In this document: piece after piece, positions 53,019-53,991 of the stretch
How positions within the stretch are numbered: the stretch's first letter is position 1
Layout: every line of letters begins with the position of its first letter
Virus record (IMG/VR): IMGVR_UViG_3300045999_000337
Coordinates: 1 to 53,991 of that record
DNA from: a virus
Taxonomy: Duplodnaviria; Caudoviricetes
Strand: one strand, 5' to 3'
Length of the DNA: 53,991 nucleotides
Notes under the pieces: generated by a model
What the model was told of the DNA's origin: nothing
Database searches by the model: none
Seen by the model: the letters and a program-made list of their open reading frames with translations, nothing else
Program-made: the position numbers and the translations under genes

Positions 53019-53075
53019 TCAACGGGGGCGCAAGCCCCTAAACCAAATCAATAACCAACCGAAAGCGAATCGATT

Positions 53076-53270
53076 ATGAGCGAAGAAATTGAAACAATCA
53101 TCCGCACCGAAGACGGCATCCGCCTTGTGGCGTCCGAGTGGGACAACGGGGGCGCGTGGCTGAACCTGCGCACCAACGGGGCCAGCATGAGCGCCGTCCT
53201 GACCCGCGCTGAGGCCCAACAACTGATGGAAGGCTTGCAGGCCATCCTTGCCAAAGAGGTGCAGGCGTGA
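53076..53270 (+). CDS. Early hypothetical protein
   Basis: AGCGAA leader; GTGA overlap with the next gene. Confidence 0.7.
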   Translation: MSEEIETIIRTEDGIRLVASEWDNGGAWLNLRTNGASMSAVLTRAEAQQLMEGLQAILAKEVQA

Positions 53271-53473
53271 CCCTGCCTACCTTCAGCGTGCGAGAGAACA
53301 TCATCACGCACGAGAACCCTACACTCATCAGTGATGGCATCATGGTGTGCCAAGAGGCGTTCATCGAGATTGACACCACTAACATGAGCCAGACCTTTGT
53401 TCACCTGCTTATGCACCACATGGGCGAGGGCAACATCAGGGTCAAGGTGGCCCGACTGAAGGAGAATGTATGA
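53267..53473 (+). CDS. Hypothetical protein
   Basis: GAGGT SD, GTG start, coupled to both neighbours. Confidence 0.6.
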   Translation: MTLPTFSVRENIITHENPTLISDGIMVCQEAFIEIDTTNMSQTFVHLLMHHMGEGNIRVKVARLKENV

Positions 53474-53637
53474 GAGAAGAAACCTTGCTTGAGAAGGTCG
53501 TTATTGGTACAATGATGGTTCTGGTTTTCGTGCTTGCGGCATGGGTTCCAGACTTCACATTGACCGAAGAAGAGTGCGCGAATCAACACCCTCGTGCATA
53601 CGTCGGCAACCTGTGTAACGAGTCGAAAGCGAAATAA
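53470..53637 (+). CDS. Small membrane protein (55 aa)
   Basis: Read manually: AAGGAG SD, MREETLLEKVVIGTMMVLVFVLAAWVP.. Confidence 0.6.
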   Translation: MREETLLEKVVIGTMMVLVFVLAAWVPDFTLTEEECANQHPRAYVGNLCNESKAK

Positions 53638-53675
53638 AACCGAGTCGGTTTCCACGCAAGTGGGGCCAAGACGCA

Positions 53676-53748
53676 TGGGACGAATTAGGTCGGCGCGAGA
53701 TTCGCCGTTCAAGCCTGAAGGCTGTGGGTTCGACACCCACCATCCCAG
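53676..53748 (+). ncRNA. tRNA-like structured RNA lacking a D-arm (non-canonical)
   Basis: Acceptor-like TGGGACG/CATCCCA; CGGCG-7nt-CGCCG arm; AGCC-TGAA-GGCT arm; T-arm GTGGG-TTCGACA-CCCAC. Confidence 0.45.
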
Positions 53749-53865
53749 CCGTGTTGGTGAGCGATGCCACCTGATGTAACAGGGAACCGCAGGGATGGAC
53801 TTGCTTCGTAAGCCTGAACCCACCCCGTCACCAACAACCCGCACTGGCGAAGTGAAAGCGAATCG

Positions 53866-53991
53866 AATACACTTACATTCATTCGCTCACTCACATGGGG
53901 ATTACGGGTTATGCCAGAAACCATCAAGAAGGCCATTAAACGGCCCTCCAAGACGCCAAAGGCCACCAAGCAGGCCCAAGGTAGCACCACG
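53866..53991. repeat. Terminal direct repeat, copy 2
   Basis: Identical to 4-129; includes the start of terS. Confidence 0.95.

Noticed and set aside
53622-53629. Y RNA (GNCGAANG) signature upstream of the tRNA-like fold
   Set aside because: Lies inside a coding ORF, is explained by the frequent GAAAGCGAA motif, and no Ro60/Rsr gene is present
53676-53750. Canonical tRNA-Ser(AGA)
   Set aside because: No D-arm, no U33, no purine 37, no CCA; kept only as a tRNA-like element
53770-53790. Hammerhead ribozyme or cobalamin riboswitch (CTGATG.., GGGAA)
   Set aside because: Core reads CTGATGT rather than CTGATGA with no correctly placed GAAA; no B12 box is visible
1-53991. Stop-codon reassignment, introns or inteins
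   Set aside because: Core genes are intact and of normal length under the standard code, with all three stop codons used

Overview
The window is an apparently complete ~53.9 kb tailed dsDNA phage genome (Caudoviricetes). Bases 4-129 recur as 53866-53991, so the assembly is circular. The organisation is podovirus-like, with no tape-measure, sheath or tube genes recognised. The + strand from 49 to 40579 is the late module: terS, terL, a 1487-aa polyvalent protein, portal, GroES-like, scaffold, major capsid, tail fibres, an embedded lysis cassette, adaptor/nozzle, and ejection proteins ending in a GH73 muramidase. A short - strand block (40636-43189) carries nuclease/SSB-like genes. It is followed by Cro-like, initiator, primase Zn-finger, SF4 helicase, RusA, Ref-like genes and a modular early region. 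No integrase, CI-type repressor, DNA polymerase or RNA polymerase was recognised. The main unexplained signals are: (1) an acyl carrier protein plus ketoacyl synthase pair translationally coupled inside the virion operon; (2) a [MFYLI]-x-x-G-G motif repeated about 30 times and concentrated in five putative internal virion proteins; (3) an early regulon with five repeated promoter cassettes, covarying leader hairpins and an AGCGAA box next to the start codons of 11 early/middle genes; (4) a D-armless tRNA-like structure and other folded RNA upstream of terS; (5) an H-type pseudoknot in the tail-fibre region; (6) an orphan TAGT/GREB1-like glycosyltransferase. All family assignments come from motif recognition by eye, not from database searches.
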